64,000 nucleotides of DNA from Eledone cirrhosa (lineage: Eukaryota), in assembly GCA_964016885.1 (NCBI GenBank), contig OZ024740.1, forward strand, positions 15,686,001 through 15,750,000, given 5' to 3'. Below, piece by piece: positions 15,001-28,400 of this stretch (the stretch's first letter is position 1; each line of letters begins with the position of its first letter). The translations under genes and the position numbers were made by a program. The notes under the pieces are model-generated. The model ran no database searches. It saw only the letters and a program-made list of their open reading frames with translations, and had not been told where the DNA came from.

Positions 15001-18000
15001 GTGTGAGTGTATGTGAGAGCGTATATGTGTGTGTGAGTGTATGTGTGTGAGTGTATGTGTGAGTGTGTGTGTGAGTGTATGTGTGTGAGAGTGTATGTGT
15101 GTGTGGGTGTATGTGAGAGCGCATATGTGTGTGAGTGTATGTGTGTGAGTGTATGTGCTAGTGTATGTGTCTGTGTGTGTATGTGTGTGTGAGTGTATGT
15201 GTGTGTGAGTGTATCTGAGAGCGTATATGTGTGTGAGTGTATGTGTCAGTGTATGTGTGTGAGAGTGTATGTGAGAGCGCATGTGTGTGTGAGTTTATGT
15301 GTGTGTGAGTGTATGTGTGAGTGTATGTGTGTGAGAGTGTATGTGTGTGTGAGTGTATGTGTGTGTGAGTGTATGTGTGTGTGAGTGTATGTGTGTGAGA
15401 GTGTATGTGAGTGTGAGTGTATGTGTGTGTGAGTGTATGTGTGAGCGTAAATGTGTGAGTGTATATGTGTGAGTGTATGTGTGAGTGTATGTGTGTGTGA
15501 ATGTATGTGTGTGAGTGTATGTGTGTGAGAGTGTATGTGAGTGTGAATGTGTGTGTGACTGTATTTATGTGTCAGTGTATGCGTGTGTGAGTGTATGTTA
15601 GAGCGTATGTGTGAGTGTATGTGTGTGTGAGTGTATGTGTGTGTGGGTGTATGTGTGTGTGAGTGTATGTGTGTATGAGTGTATGTGAGAGTGAATTTTT
15701 TTATTGAGTGTATGTGTGTGTGAGTATATGTGTCTGTAAGTGTATGTGAGAGCGTATGTGTGTGTGAGTATATGTGTGTGAGTGTATGTGTGTGTGAGTG
15801 TATGTGAGAGCGTATGTGTGTAGGAGTGTATGAGTGCGTGAGTGTATGTGTGAGTGTATGTGTGTGTGAGTGTATGTGTGTGTGAGTGTATGTGAGAGCG
15901 CATGTGTGTGTGAGTGTATGTGTGTGTGAGTGTATGTGTGAGTGTATGTGTGTGGGAGTGTATGTGTGTGTGAGCGTATGTGTGTGTGAGTGAATGTGTG
16001 TGTGAGTGTATGTGTGTGAGAGTGTATGTGAGAGTGAATGTGTGTGTGAGTGTATGTGTGTGTGAGTGTGAGTGTGTGTGAATGTATGTGTGTGTGAGTG
16101 TATGTGAGAGCGTATGTGTGAGAGTGTGAGTGTGTGTGAGTATATGTGTGTGAGTGTATGTGTGTGTGAGTGTATGTGAGAGCGTATGTGTGTAGGAGTG
16201 TATGAGTGCGTGAGTGTATGTGTGAGTGTATGTGTGTGTGAGTGTATGTGTGTGTGAGTGTATGTGAGAGCGCATGTGTGTGTGAGTGTATGTGTGTGTG
16301 AGTGTATGTGTGAGTGTATGTGTGTGGGAGTGTATGTGTGTGTGAGCGTATGTGTGTGTGAGTGAATGTGTGTGTGAGTGTATGTGTGTGAGAGTGTATG
16401 TGAGAGCGTATATGTGTGTGAGTGTATATGTGTGAGTGTATGTATGAGTGTATGTGTGTGTGAGTGTATGTGTGTGTGAGCGTATGTGTGTGTGAGTGTA
16501 TGTGTGTGTGAGTGTATGTGTGAGTGTATGCGTGTGTGAGTGTATGTGAGAACGTATGTGTGTGTGAGTGTATGTGTGTGTGAATGTATGTCAGTGTATG
16601 TGTGTGTGAGTGTATGTGACAGCGCATGTGTGTGTGAGTGTATGTGTGTGTGAGTGTATGTGTTATTGTATGTGTGTGTGAGTGTATGTGTGTGTGAGTG
16701 TATGTGTGTGAGAGCGTATGTGTGTGTGAGTGTATGTGTGTGTGAGTGTATGTGTGAGTGTATGTGTGTGAGAGCGTATGTGTGTGTGAGTGTATGTGAG
16801 AGCGTATATGTGTGTGAGTGTATGTATGTGAGAGTATGTGTGATTGTATGTGTGTGTGAGTGTATGTGTGTGTGTGTATATGTGAGAGCGTATATGTGTG
16901 TGAGTGTATGTGTATGAGTGTATGTGTGAGTGTATGTGTGTGAGTGTATGGGTGTGTGAGTGTATGTGTCAGTGTATGTGTGTGTGAGTGTATGTGTGTG
17001 CGAGTGTATGTGTGTGCGAGTGTATGTGTGTGTGAGTGTATGTGTGTGTGAGTGTATGTGTGTGTGAGTGTATGTGTGTGAAAGTGTATGTGAGAGCGTA
17101 TGTGTGTGTGAGTGTATGTGTGTGTGAGTGTATGTGTGTGGGTGTATGTGTGTGTGAGTGTATAACTGTATGTGAGAGTGAATGTGTGTGTGAATGTATG
17201 CGTGTGTGAGTGTATGCGTGTGTGACTGTATGTGAGAGCGCATGTGTGTGTGAGTGTATGTGTGTGTGAGTGTACGTGTGAGTGTATGTGTGTGTGAGTG
17301 TATGTGTGTGCGAGTGTATGTGTGTGCGAGTGTATGTGTGTGTGAGTGTATGTGTGTGTGAGTGTATGTGTGTGTGAGTGTATGTGTGTGAAAGTGTATG
17401 TGAGAGTGAATGTGTGTGTGAGTGTATGAGTGTGAGTGTATGTGTGAGTGTATGTGTCTGTGAGTGTATGTGTGTGTGAGTGTATGTGTGTCTGAGTGTA
17501 TGTGTGAGCGTATATGTGTCAGTGTATGTGTGTGAGTGTATGTGTGAGTGTATGTGTGTGTGAGCGTATGTGTGTAAGTGAGTGTATGTGTGTGTGAGTG
17601 TATGTGTGTGTGAGTGTATGTGTGTGAGAGTGTATGTGAGAGTGAATGTGTGTGTGAGTGTATTTGTGTGTGAGTGTATGCGTGTGTGGGTGTATGTGAG
17701 AGCGTATGTGTGTGTGTGAGTGTATGTGTGTGTGAGTGTATGTGTGTGTGAGTGTATGTGTGTGTGAGTATATGTGTGTGTGAGTGTATGTGTGTGAGAG
17801 TGTATGTGAGAGTGAATGTGTGTGTGAATGTATGTGTGTGTGAGTGTATGTGTGTGTGAGTGTATGTGTGAGTGTATGTGTGTGAGAGCGTATGTGTGTG
17901 TGAGTGTATGTGAGAGCGTATATGTGAGTGAGTGTTTTGTATGTGAGTGTATGTGTGATTGTATGTGTGTGTGAGTGTATGTGAGAGCGTATATATGTGT

Positions 18001-21000
18001 GAGTGTATGTGTATGTGTGTATGTGTGAGTGTATGTGTGTGAGTGTATGGGTGTGTGAGTGTATGTGTCAGTGTATGTGTGTGTGACTGTATGTGAGAGA
18101 GCATGTGTGTGTGAGTGTATGTGTGTGTGAGTGTATGTGTGTTTGAGTGTATGTGTGAGCGTATATGTGTGAGTGTATGTGTGTGAGTGTATGTGTGAGT
18201 GTATGTGTGTGTGAGCGTATGTGTGTGAGTGAGTGTATGTGTGTGGGAGTGAATGTGTGTGTGAGTGTATGTGTGTGAGAGTGTATGTGAGAGTGAATGC
18301 GTGTGTGAGTGTATGTGTGTGTGAGTGTATGTGTGTGTGGGTGTATGTGTGTGTGAATGTATGTGTGTATCAGTGTTATGTGAGAGTGAATGTGTGTGTG
18401 AGTGTATGTGTGTGTGAGTGTATGTTTGAGTGTATGTGTGTGTGAGTGTATGTGAGAGTGAATATGTGTTTGAGTGTATGTGTGTGTGTGCGTGTATGTG
18501 TGTGTGAGTGTATGTGAGAGCGTATGTGTGTGTGAGTGTATGTGTGTGTGAGTGTATGTGTGTGTGAGTGTACGTGTGTGTGAGTATATGTTTGAGAGTG
18601 TATGTGAGAGTGAATGTGTGTGTGTGTGAGTGTATGTGTGTGTGATTTTATGCGTGTGTGAGTGTATGTGAGAGCGTATGTGTGTGTTAGTGTGAGTGCG
18701 TGTGAGTGTATGTGTGTCTGAGGGTATGTGAGAGCGTATGTGTGTGTGAGTGTGTGTGAGTGTATGTGTGTGTGTGTGTGAGTGTATGTGTGTGTGAGTG
18801 TATGTGTGAGTATATGTGTGTGTGAGTGTATGTGTGTGTGAGTGTATGTGTCTGTGTATGTGTGTGTGAGTGTATGTGAGAGCGTATATGTGTGTGAGTG
18901 TATGTGTGTGAGTGTATGTGTGTGTCAGTGTATGTGTGTGTGAGTGTATGTGTGAGTGTATGTGGTGTGAGTGTATGTGTGTGCGAGTGTATGTGTGTGT
19001 GAGTGTATGTGTGTGTGAGTGTATGTGTGTGAGAGTGTATGTGAGAGTGAATGTGTGTGTGAGTGTATGTGTGTGTGAGTGTATGTGTGTCTGAGTGTAT
19101 GTGTGAGCGTATATGTGTGAGTGTATGTGTGTGAGTATATGTGTGAGTGTATGTGTGTGAGAGCGTATGTGTGTGTGAGTGTATGTGAGAGCGTATATGT
19201 GAGTGAGTGTTTTGTATGTTAGTGTATGTGTGATTGTATGTGTGTGTGAGTGTATGTGTGTGTGAGTGTATGTGAGAGCGTATATGTGTGTGAGTGTATG
19301 TGTATGAGTGTATGTGTGAGTGTATGTGTGTGAGTGTATGTGTATGTGAGTGTATGTGTGTCTGAGTGTATGTGTGAGCGTATATGTGTCAGTGTATGTG
19401 TGTGAGTGTATGTGTGAGTGTATGTGTGTGAGCGTATGTGTGTGAGTGAGTATATGTGTGTGTGAGTGTATGTGTGTGTGAGTGTATGTGTGTGAGAGTG
19501 TATGTGACAGTGAATGTGTGTGTGAGTGTTTGTGTGTGTGAGTGTATGCGTGTGTGAGTGTATGTGTGTGTGAGTGTATGTGTGTGTGGGTGTATGTGTG
19601 TGTGAGTGTATGTGTGTATCAGTGTATGTGAGAGTGAATGTGTGTGTGAGTGTATGTGTGTGTGTGAGTGTATGTGTGTGAGTGTATGTGAGAGCGTATG
19701 TGTGTGTGAGTGCATGTGTGTGTGAGTGTATGTGTGTGTGAGTGTATGTGTGTGAGTATATGTGTGTGAGAGTGTATGTGTGTGTGAGTGTATGTGTGTG
19801 TGAGTGTATGTGTGTGTGAGTGTATGTGTGTGAGAGTGTATGTGAGAGTGAATGTGTGTGTGAGTGTATTTGTGTGTGAGTGTATGCGTGTGTGGGTGTA
19901 TGTGAGAGCGTATGTGTGTGTGAGTGTATGTGTGTGTGAGTGTATGACTGTATGTGAGAGTGAATGTGTGTGTGAGTGTATGTGTGTGTGTGAGTGTATG
20001 TGTGTGAGTGTATGTGAGAGCGTATGTGTGTGTGTGAGTGTATGTGTGTGTGAGTGTATGTGTGTGTGAGTGTATGTGTGTGTGAGTATATGTGTGTGTG
20101 AGTGTATGTGTGTGAGAGTGTATGTGAGAGTGAATGTGTGTGTGAATGTATGTGTGTGTGAGTGTACGTGTGAGTGTATGTGTGTGTGAGTGTATGTGTG
20201 TGTGAGTGTATGTGTGTGTGAGTGTACGTGTGAGTGTATGTGTGTGTGAGTGTATGTGTGTGCGAGTGTATGTGTGTGCGAGTGTATGTGTGTGTGAGTG
20301 TATGTGTGTGTGAGTGTATGTGTGTGTGAGTGTATGTGTGTGAAAGTGTATGTGAGAGTGAATGTGTGTGTGAGTGTATGAGTGTGAGTGTATGTGTGAG
20401 TGTATGTGTCTGTGAGTGTATGTGTGTGTGAGTGTATGTGTGTGTGAGTGCATGTGTGTGTGAGTGTATGTGTGTGTGAGTGTATGTGTGTGTGAGTATA
20501 TGTATGTGAGAGTGAATGTGTGTGAGTGTATGTGTGTGTGAGTGTATGTGAGAGCGTATGTGTGTGTTAGTGTGAGTGTGTGTGAGTGTATGTGTGTCTG
20601 AGGGTATGTGAGAGCGTATGTGTGTGTGGGTGTGTGTGAGTGTGAGTGTGTGTGAATGTATGTGTGTGAGTGTATGTGTGTGTGTGTGTGAGTGTATGTG
20701 TGTGTGAGTGTATGTGTGTGTGATTGTATGTGAGAGCGTATATGTGTGTGAGTGTATGTGTGAGTGTATGTGTGAGTGTATGTGTGTGTCAGTGTATGTG
20801 TGTGGTGTGTGTGAGTGTATGTGTGTGTGAGTGTATGTGTCAGTGTATGTGTGTGTGAGTGTATGTGAGTGTGAATGTGTGATAATTTTTATTTTCCTTT
20901 GTATTAAAATAATGGAACAACACAACCACGTCACACTTTGTATATGAATGTGTATGTGTCTGTGAGTGTGTGTGTGAGTGTATGTGTGTGCGAGTGTATG

Positions 21001-24000
21001 TGTGTGTGAGTGTATGTGTGTCTGAGTGTATGTGTGAGCGTATATGTGTGAGTGTATGTGTGTGAGTATATGTGTGAGTGTATGTGTGTGTGAGTGTATG
21101 TGTGTGTGAGTGTATGTGTGTGTGAGTATATATGTGTGTGAGTGTATGTGTGTGAGTGAGTGTATGTGTGTGTGAGTGTATGTGTGTGTGAGTGTATGTG
21201 TGTGAGAGTGTATGTGAGAGTGAATGTGTGTGTGAATGTATGTGTGTGTGAGTGTATGCGTGTGTGAGTGTATGTGAGAACGTATGTGTGTGTGAGTGTA
21301 TGTGTGTGTGAATGTATGTCAGTGTATGTGTGTGTGAGTGTATGTGACAGCGCATGTGTGTGTGAGTGTATGTGTGTGTGAGTGTATGTGTTATTGTATG
21401 TGTGTGTGAGTGTATGTGTGTGTGAGTGTATGTGTGTGAGAGCGTATGTGTGTGTGAGTGTATGTGTGTGTGAGTGTATGTGTGAGTGTATGTGTGTGAG
21501 AGCGTATGTGTGTGTGAGTGTATGTGAGAGCGTATATGTGTGTGAGTGTATTATGTGAGTGTATGTGTGATTGTATGTGTGTGTGAGTGTATGTGTGTGT
21601 GTGTGTATGTGAGAGCGTATATGTGTGTGAGTGTATGTGTATGAGTGTATGTGTGAGTGTATGTGTGTGAGTGTATGGGTGTGTGAGTGTATGTGTGTGC
21701 GAGTGTATGTGTGTGCGAGTGTATGTGTGTGTGAGTGTATGTGTGTGTGAGTGTATGTGTGTGTGAGTGTATGTGTGTGAAAGTGTATGTGAGAGCGTAT
21801 GTGTGTGTGAGTGTATGTGTGTGTGAGTGTATGTGTGTGGGTGTATGTGTGTGTGAGTGTATGACTGTATGTGAGAGTGAATGTGTGTGTGAATGTATGC
21901 GTGTGTGAGTGTATGCGTGTGTGACTGTATGTGAGAGCGCATGTGTGTGTGAGTGTATGTGTGTGTGAGTGTACGAGTGAGTGTATGTGTGTGTGAGTGT
22001 ATGTGTGTGCGAGTGTATGTGTGTGCGAGTGTATGTGTGTGTGAGTGTATGTGTGTGTGAGTGTATGTGTGTGTGAGTGTATGTGTGTGAAAGTGTATGT
22101 GAGAGTGAATGTGTGTGTGAGTGTATGAGTGTGAGTGTATGTGTGAGTGTATGTGTCTGTGAGTGTATGTGTGTGTGAGTGTATGTGTGTCTGAGTGTAT
22201 GTGTGAGCGTATATGTGTCAGTGTATGTGTGTGAGTGTATGTGTGAGTGTATGTGTGTGTGAGCGTATGTGTGTAAGTGAGTGTATGTGTGTGTGAGTGT
22301 ATGTGTGTGTGAGTGTATGTGTGTGAGAGTGTATGTGAGAGTGAATGTGTGTGTGAGTGTATTTGTGTGTGAGTGTATGCGTGTGTGGGTGTATGTGAGA
22401 GCGTATGTGTGTGTGAGTGTATGTGTGTGTGAGTGTATGTGTGTGGGTGTATGTGTGTGTGAGTGTATGACTGTATGTGAGAGTGAATGTGTGTGTGAGT
22501 GTATGTGTGTGTGAGTGTATGACTGTATGTGAGAGTGAATGTGTGTGTGAGTGTATGTGTGTGTGTGAGTGTATGTGTGTGAGTGTATGTGAGAGTGTAT
22601 GTGTGTGTGTGAGTGTATGTGTGTGTGAGTGTATGTGTGTGTGAGTGTATGTGTGTGTGAGTATATGTGTGTGAGAGTGTATGTCTGAGTGTATGTGTGT
22701 GTGAGTGTATGTGTGTGCGAGTGTATGTGTGTGTGAATGTATGTGTGTGTGAGTGTATGTGTGTGTGAGTGTATTTGTGTGTGAGTGTATGCGTGTGTGG
22801 GTGTATGTGAGAGCGTATGTGTGTGTGAGTGTATGTGTGTGTGCGTGTATGTGTGTGTGGGTGTATGTGTGTGTGAGTGTATGTGTGTATGAGTGTATGT
22901 GAGAGTGAATGTGTGTGTGAGTGTATGTGTGTGTGAGTGTATGTGTGAGTGTATGTGTGTGTGACTGTATGTGAGAGTGAATGTGTGTGTGAGTGTATGT
23001 GTGTGTGTGAGTGTATGTGTGTGAGTGTATGTGAGAGCGTATGTGTGTGTGAGTGCATGTGTGTGTGAGTGTATGTGTGTGTGAGTGTATGTGTGTGAGT
23101 ATATGTGTGTGAGAGTGTATGTGAGAGTGAATGTGTGTGAGTGTATGTGTGTGTGAGTGTATGTGAGAGCGTATGTGTGTGTTAGTATGTGTGTGTTAGT
23201 GTGAGTGTGTGTGAGTGTATGTGTGTCTGAGGGTATGTGAGAGCGTATGTGTGTGTGAGTGTGTGTGAGTGTGAGTGTGTGTGAATGTATGTGTGTGAGT
23301 GTATGTGTGTGTGTGTGTGAGTGTATGTGTGTGTGAGTGTATGTGTGTGTGAGTGTATGTGTGTGAGTGTATGTGTGTGTGAGTGTATGTGAGAGCGTAT
23401 ATGTGTGTGAGTGTATGTGTGTGAGTGTATGTGTGAGTGTATGTGTGTGAGTGTATGTGTGAGTGTATGTGTGTGTGAGTATATGTGTGTGTGAGTGTAT
23501 GTGTATGTGAGTGTATGTGTCTGTGTATGTGTGTGTGAGTGTATGTGAGAGCGTATATGTGTGTGAGTGTATGTGTGTGAGTGTATGTGTGAGTGTATGT
23601 GTGTGTCAGTGTATGTGTGTGTGAGTGTATGTGTGTGTGAGTGTATGTGTCAGTGTATGTGTGTGTGAGTGTATGTGAGTGTGAATGTGTGATAATTTTT
23701 ATTTTCATTTGTATTAAAATAATGGAACAACACAACCACGTCACACTTTGTATATGAATGTGTATGTGTCTGTGAGTGTGTGTGTGAGTGTATGTGTGTG
23801 CGAGTGTATGTGTGTGTGTGAGTGTATGTGAGAGTGTATGTGTGTGAGAGCGTATGTGGGTATGAGCGTGAGTGTGTGTGAGTGTATGTGTGTGTGAGTG
23901 TATGTGAGAGCGCATGTGTGTGTGAGTTTATGTGTGTGTGAGTGTATGTTTGAGTGTATGTGTGTGTGAGTGTATGTGTGTGTGAGTGTATGTGTGTGTG

Positions 24001-24150
24001 AGTGTATGTGTGTGTGAGTGTATGTGTGTGAGAGTGTATGTGAGATTGAATGTGTGATAATTTTTATTTTCATTTGGATTAAAATAATAGAACAACACAA
24101 CCACGTCACACTTTGTATATGAATCTGTATGTGTCTGTGAGTGTGTGTGT
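1..24150. repeat. Giant TG-rich compound satellite, core word GAGTGTAT(GT)n of ~12-16 bp with recurrent variants such as GAGAGCGTAT, GAGAGCGCAT and GTCAGTGTAT
   Basis: Continuous dinucleotide-register repeat from the window start to ~24150. C is very rare on the + strand. His/Thr and Val/Cys ORFs are repeat translations. Rare marker words recur at fixed offsets (8908 and 2402 bp). Confidence 0.97.
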
Positions 24151-24545
24151 GCGCGTTTATTAAATACACACACACATCTACACATACATATACATATGTA
24201 GTGACTGTCAAAAAAATGAGTTGAAAAGCTATATGTATGTCTGCGTGTGTCTGTCTTAGTATATGTATGTGAGAGTGTATGTGTGTGAATGTGTAGCAAC
24301 AATTTATTCATTTGGACACCAAAGAAAAATTACGCAATGAATATTGTTTACTCTGAGGTGCTTCAAGATTGACAGATTTTCATTTCTAAATTCTATTACC
24401 ATTACAATTTTGATATTTTTTTAAAATATAAAATATAGATATTTTGAAATAATTATGGAAAAAAAAAACATATCTTCATATTTATTGTTTACTAATCTGA
24501 ATAAGAACAGCAGTAACCCGGGCAACGACGGGTAATTCAGCTAGT
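24056..24545 (+). mobile_element. 3' terminal region of a non-autonomous Helitron-like element
   Basis: ACCCGGGCAACGACGGGT hairpin (24516-24533; ACCCG/CGGGT stem) followed 7 nt later by CTAG (24541-24544) and then T. This is the canonical Helitron 3' end (GC hairpin + CTRR, T flank). The 5' TC end is not identified in the window. Confidence 0.65.
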
Positions 24546-24563
24546 ATGAAATAAATTGTGTCA

Positions 24564-24973
24564 TTTACATGTTGGTCTTCCATAGTTAGCCGTAAATAAT
24601 TTATGTCATTTACAATGTTTCGGCTGCCATAATTCGCTCTAAATATATTGTCTTGTTCACAATGTTGGTCTTCCATAGTTAGCTCTAAATATACTGTACC
24701 GTTTACAATGTTGGTCTTCCATAGTTAGCTCTAAATAATATTGTACCATTTACAATGTCGGTCTTCCATAGTTAGCTCTAAATAATATTGTATTGTTTAC
24801 AATGTCGGTCTTCCATAGTTAGCTCTAAATAATATTGTACCGTTTACAATGTCGGTCTTCCATAGTTAGCTCTAAATAATATTGTACCGTTTACAATGTT
24901 GGTCTTTCATAGATAGCTCTAAATAATATTGTACCGTTTACAATGTTGGTCTTCCATAGTTAGCTCTAAATAA
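24564..24973. repeat. 47-bp minisatellite, ~9 copies (TTTACAATGTYGGTCTTCCATAGTTAGCTCTAAATAATATTGTACCG)
   Basis: Tandem units read directly from the sequence. Confidence 0.92.
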
Positions 24974-25074
24974 TTTTCGTTGGATGAGAAGCAAACATTT
25001 ATTTTTTTTTTTTCATTCATTTAACTGTGTGAATATGGAGAATATTTTGAGTGTGAAAAGGAGGTGGCTGTAGA

Positions 25075-25460
25075 ATAACATAATTTATAGAGTTGTAGAA
25101 CAAGATGACATATCTCTAACATAATATAGAGTTATAGAAACAGACGACATATTGTTAATGTAAAATATAGAATTGTTGTAGAAACAGATGACATATTGTT
25201 AATATAATATATAGAATTGTAGATACAGACGATATATATTTAATATAATATATAGACTTGTTGTAGATACAGACGATATATATTTAATATAATATATAGA
25301 GTTGTAGATACAGACGATATATATTTAACATAATATATATAGAGTTGTAGATACAGACGACATATATTTAATATAATATATAGAGTTGTAGATACAGATA
25401 TATATTTAATATAATATATAGAGTTGTAGGTACAGACGATATATATTAATATAATATATA
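25075..25460. repeat. ~41-bp AT-rich minisatellite (AATATAATATATAGAGTTGTAGATACAGACGAYATATATTT), left part
   Basis: Tandem copies. The same unit resumes at 29455-29680 and 30020-30095 beyond inserted elements. Confidence 0.9.
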
Positions 25461-28400
25461 TGTTTCTTTATTAGCCACAGGGGACCAAAAGAGGGAGACA
25501 AGTACAAAGGGGGAAGTTTGCATACAATAAAAACGTGTAAAATATTATCACAAATGCAATTTAAAAATTAGTCGATTTTCCCCAATAGTGGGAGACAGTT
25601 CATATGGGTAACATATACCCCCGAAAAAATGTGCAACCCTCATGTCCAGGAGTACGAAGAGTTTGTACTCCTTTCCTCTCCTCCTCCTTTTCCTCAACCT
25701 ACAGGCTGAGAGAAGGCCCATTCACTCGGGCCATTCTCGCCACTTTCACCCACCTTTCATAAAACTTGCTGGGGTACAGCACCTCTCTCTCCATCCTGAT
25801 TCTTCTTCCAAAGTGGTATTTGAAAAAAAGAATCAGTTGTTGGCCGGAGAGAAAGGTGTCTGACCTCAGCCCTTTCAACCTTGTCCACCATACAACCTCT
25901 TTCGCCATAGCTATCACACAAAGGAAAACCGCTTCTCCTTCGTTTTTGAAGGAGGGTGGCGGTTTGATCATGACAATGGACTATGTGGTCAACCGGATTG
26001 GTCCCACCCGCGACAATAGTCGTTCTACATAGCCCCACAGGTTGGTGACGCCCGGACAGTGTATGAATGCGTGAGCGACGGTTTCTTCGTCTCGCACGCA
26101 CCTCGGACAGATCTTTTTTGCAGGGTCCCATCCCGGGCGCCCATGTCTGTAGAGCTTGTCTCGAACTGGTAGAGCTCCTCGGTAGCACTGCCAGGCCAGG
26201 GACTTTTGGAAGTTGTCCATCGGTCCCGGGCGGAAGGTCCTACCGAACAGACTGGCCAGTTCGTCTTCCTCTACGCCCAGAGTTTCAGCGAGCACGTCGT
26301 CGCACTTGCTGCGGACCAACCCGCTATAGAATGTCGAAGTGGAGTCTCCACTGATCGCCGGGTCCGTTTGCCAGAGGACTGTGAGCGCCTGAGCACATTC
26401 GATGTGACAGTCGCCCATTTTCCTCGGTCTTTGCTTGACCCAGGACTGCAGCTCGGTCAGCGAGACGAGTCGTGGGAAGGCTCGCCTCACGAACGGGGCC
26501 CACCGGTTGTCTGGTGAGGAATACGTGGAGGTGCCGCAGCCTGAGCGCGTGTTTGCGCATCGTCAGCCACGGCATCCCCAGCCCTCCGTTTGAAGGGTTT
26601 GGGCAGCAGATGGATCTTCTCACCAAAGGAGCCCGTTTCTTCCAAAGGAATTGGAAGAGCGCGCGCTCCATTTTGGTGAGCGTTTTAGCTGGACAAGACA
26701 CAACGGTCAAGCGGTAGTAGATGACGGACGCTATAAAAGTGTTCCCCACCTCCGCTCGACCTTTCAAGGATAGTTTGCACTCGGCCCACTTCTGGGTGAG
26801 TGCAAACACCTTGGCCGTCACCTCGTTCCAGTTCTTCTCCACCTGGAGGTCAGGACCAAACCAGACCCCGAGCAGCTTTACCTGCCCTTCCGTCCAGCGT
26901 CCGACGACGTCATCGGAAGGCATCGGTCTGCCTCTCCACGATCCGAGTTGCAAAGATGTACTTGTCCCGATTCAGCTTCTCTCCTGTGAACCTTTCGTAT
27001 TCCTTCAGTAAGGTGCCGACTTCCTCGATTTGCGAGGCGTTCGACACCATTACTGTAACGTCGTCGGCGTAGGCCGACGCCGCTTTCCGCAGTCCCGGTT
27101 CCAGAGGGATGCCCTGCAATAGCTCCAACTTCCGCAGTAGTGGCTCGAGAGTCAGTACGTGCAGAAGGGAGGAGAGAGGGCATCCCTGTCGAATGTATCG
27201 CGTGATATGGAACGGCTCCGGGAGGTAGCCGTTCACCTTGACCCTTGAGCAGATGATGCTGTTGTGCATTGCAGCAATCCAGCCCCTGAACACGGATCCG
27301 AAGCCTGCGGCCCCGAGCACCGCATCGAGGTAACGATGGTCAACCCTATCGAAAGCTGATCCAAGTTGATCAGGGCCCCACCGAAGCCGGGTTTACACCC
27401 TACCCTCTCTATGATGTATCGCATGAGGTGGAGGTTGTCGTGTATGGACCTGGTCGGGATTGCGCATGTCTGCGCTTTTCCCACCAGGTTCTCGATGACC
27501 AGCGCCAGCCTCTTTGCCAACACCTTGGCCAAAATCTGTAACTCTGTGTTTTGTAGAGTTATGGGCCGGAAGTTTCCTATGTCATCCCCCTTATTCTCGT
27601 CCTTCCTGACTAGTGTGACGACGCCCCCGGTCACAGAACTGGGAATTCTCCCGTTCTGTTGCAAGTTGCAGTAGACCGCTTCCAGGAGACCGGAGAATAA
27701 GTACGGCATTCCTACATAAAATTCGTAGGGTAGACCGTCGAGACCTGGAGATTTGCGTTTTCCGCATTGGCTCAGCATGTCCCCTATCTCAGCGGCTGAA
27801 ATCGGCCTTTCACAGAACTTTGCCTCGCTGTCCGAGAGTCGCGGTAGGCCGTCGAGATATGAACCGAAATCCACAGCCCCTCCCGGCGCGCCGCCCTGCC
27901 CGAACAGCTGAGCAAAGTGCCGCTGAAAAGCCGCACACATCTGCTTCGGCTCACGTATCACGCGTCCGTTTTGGTCCTTCAAAGACCGAATCGTGGACTT
28001 GTTGCCACTTTTCGCCTCCGTCACTCGGGCCCAGCTAACAGCTTTGGCTCCCTCGTTTCCCAGAGCACGTATTTTGCTTCCGACAACGCAGCCCTCGTGC
28101 TTTGCGTCGAAGAACTGGTCCAAGGCCGTTCTCGTTGCTAGCACGCTGGCTACGTTGCCACTTCTAATTGCTTCTTCTACTTTATCTACCAGTTCCTTCT
28201 CGGTTCTATTTCTATCTAACGCTAATTCTTTACTAAAAACTAACGAGTCTAATCTAACTGACCTCTTGAGAGAGTACCACCATCTGTTGTTGACAATGGC
28301 CCCTGTCAAGTGCTGTTTAACTAAAGTGCTAATCCGTCTACTGTAGTCTTTGCATGTCGGTAACGACAAGTTCAGCTTCCAGTAGCCGGGTCCTTGTCTA

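Noticed and set aside
238-24311. Long His/Thr-rich and Val/Cys-rich ORFs (up to 952 aa)
   Set aside because: These are translations of the (CA)/(TG) satellite. Overlapping frames are all open, and there is no domain or splice structure.
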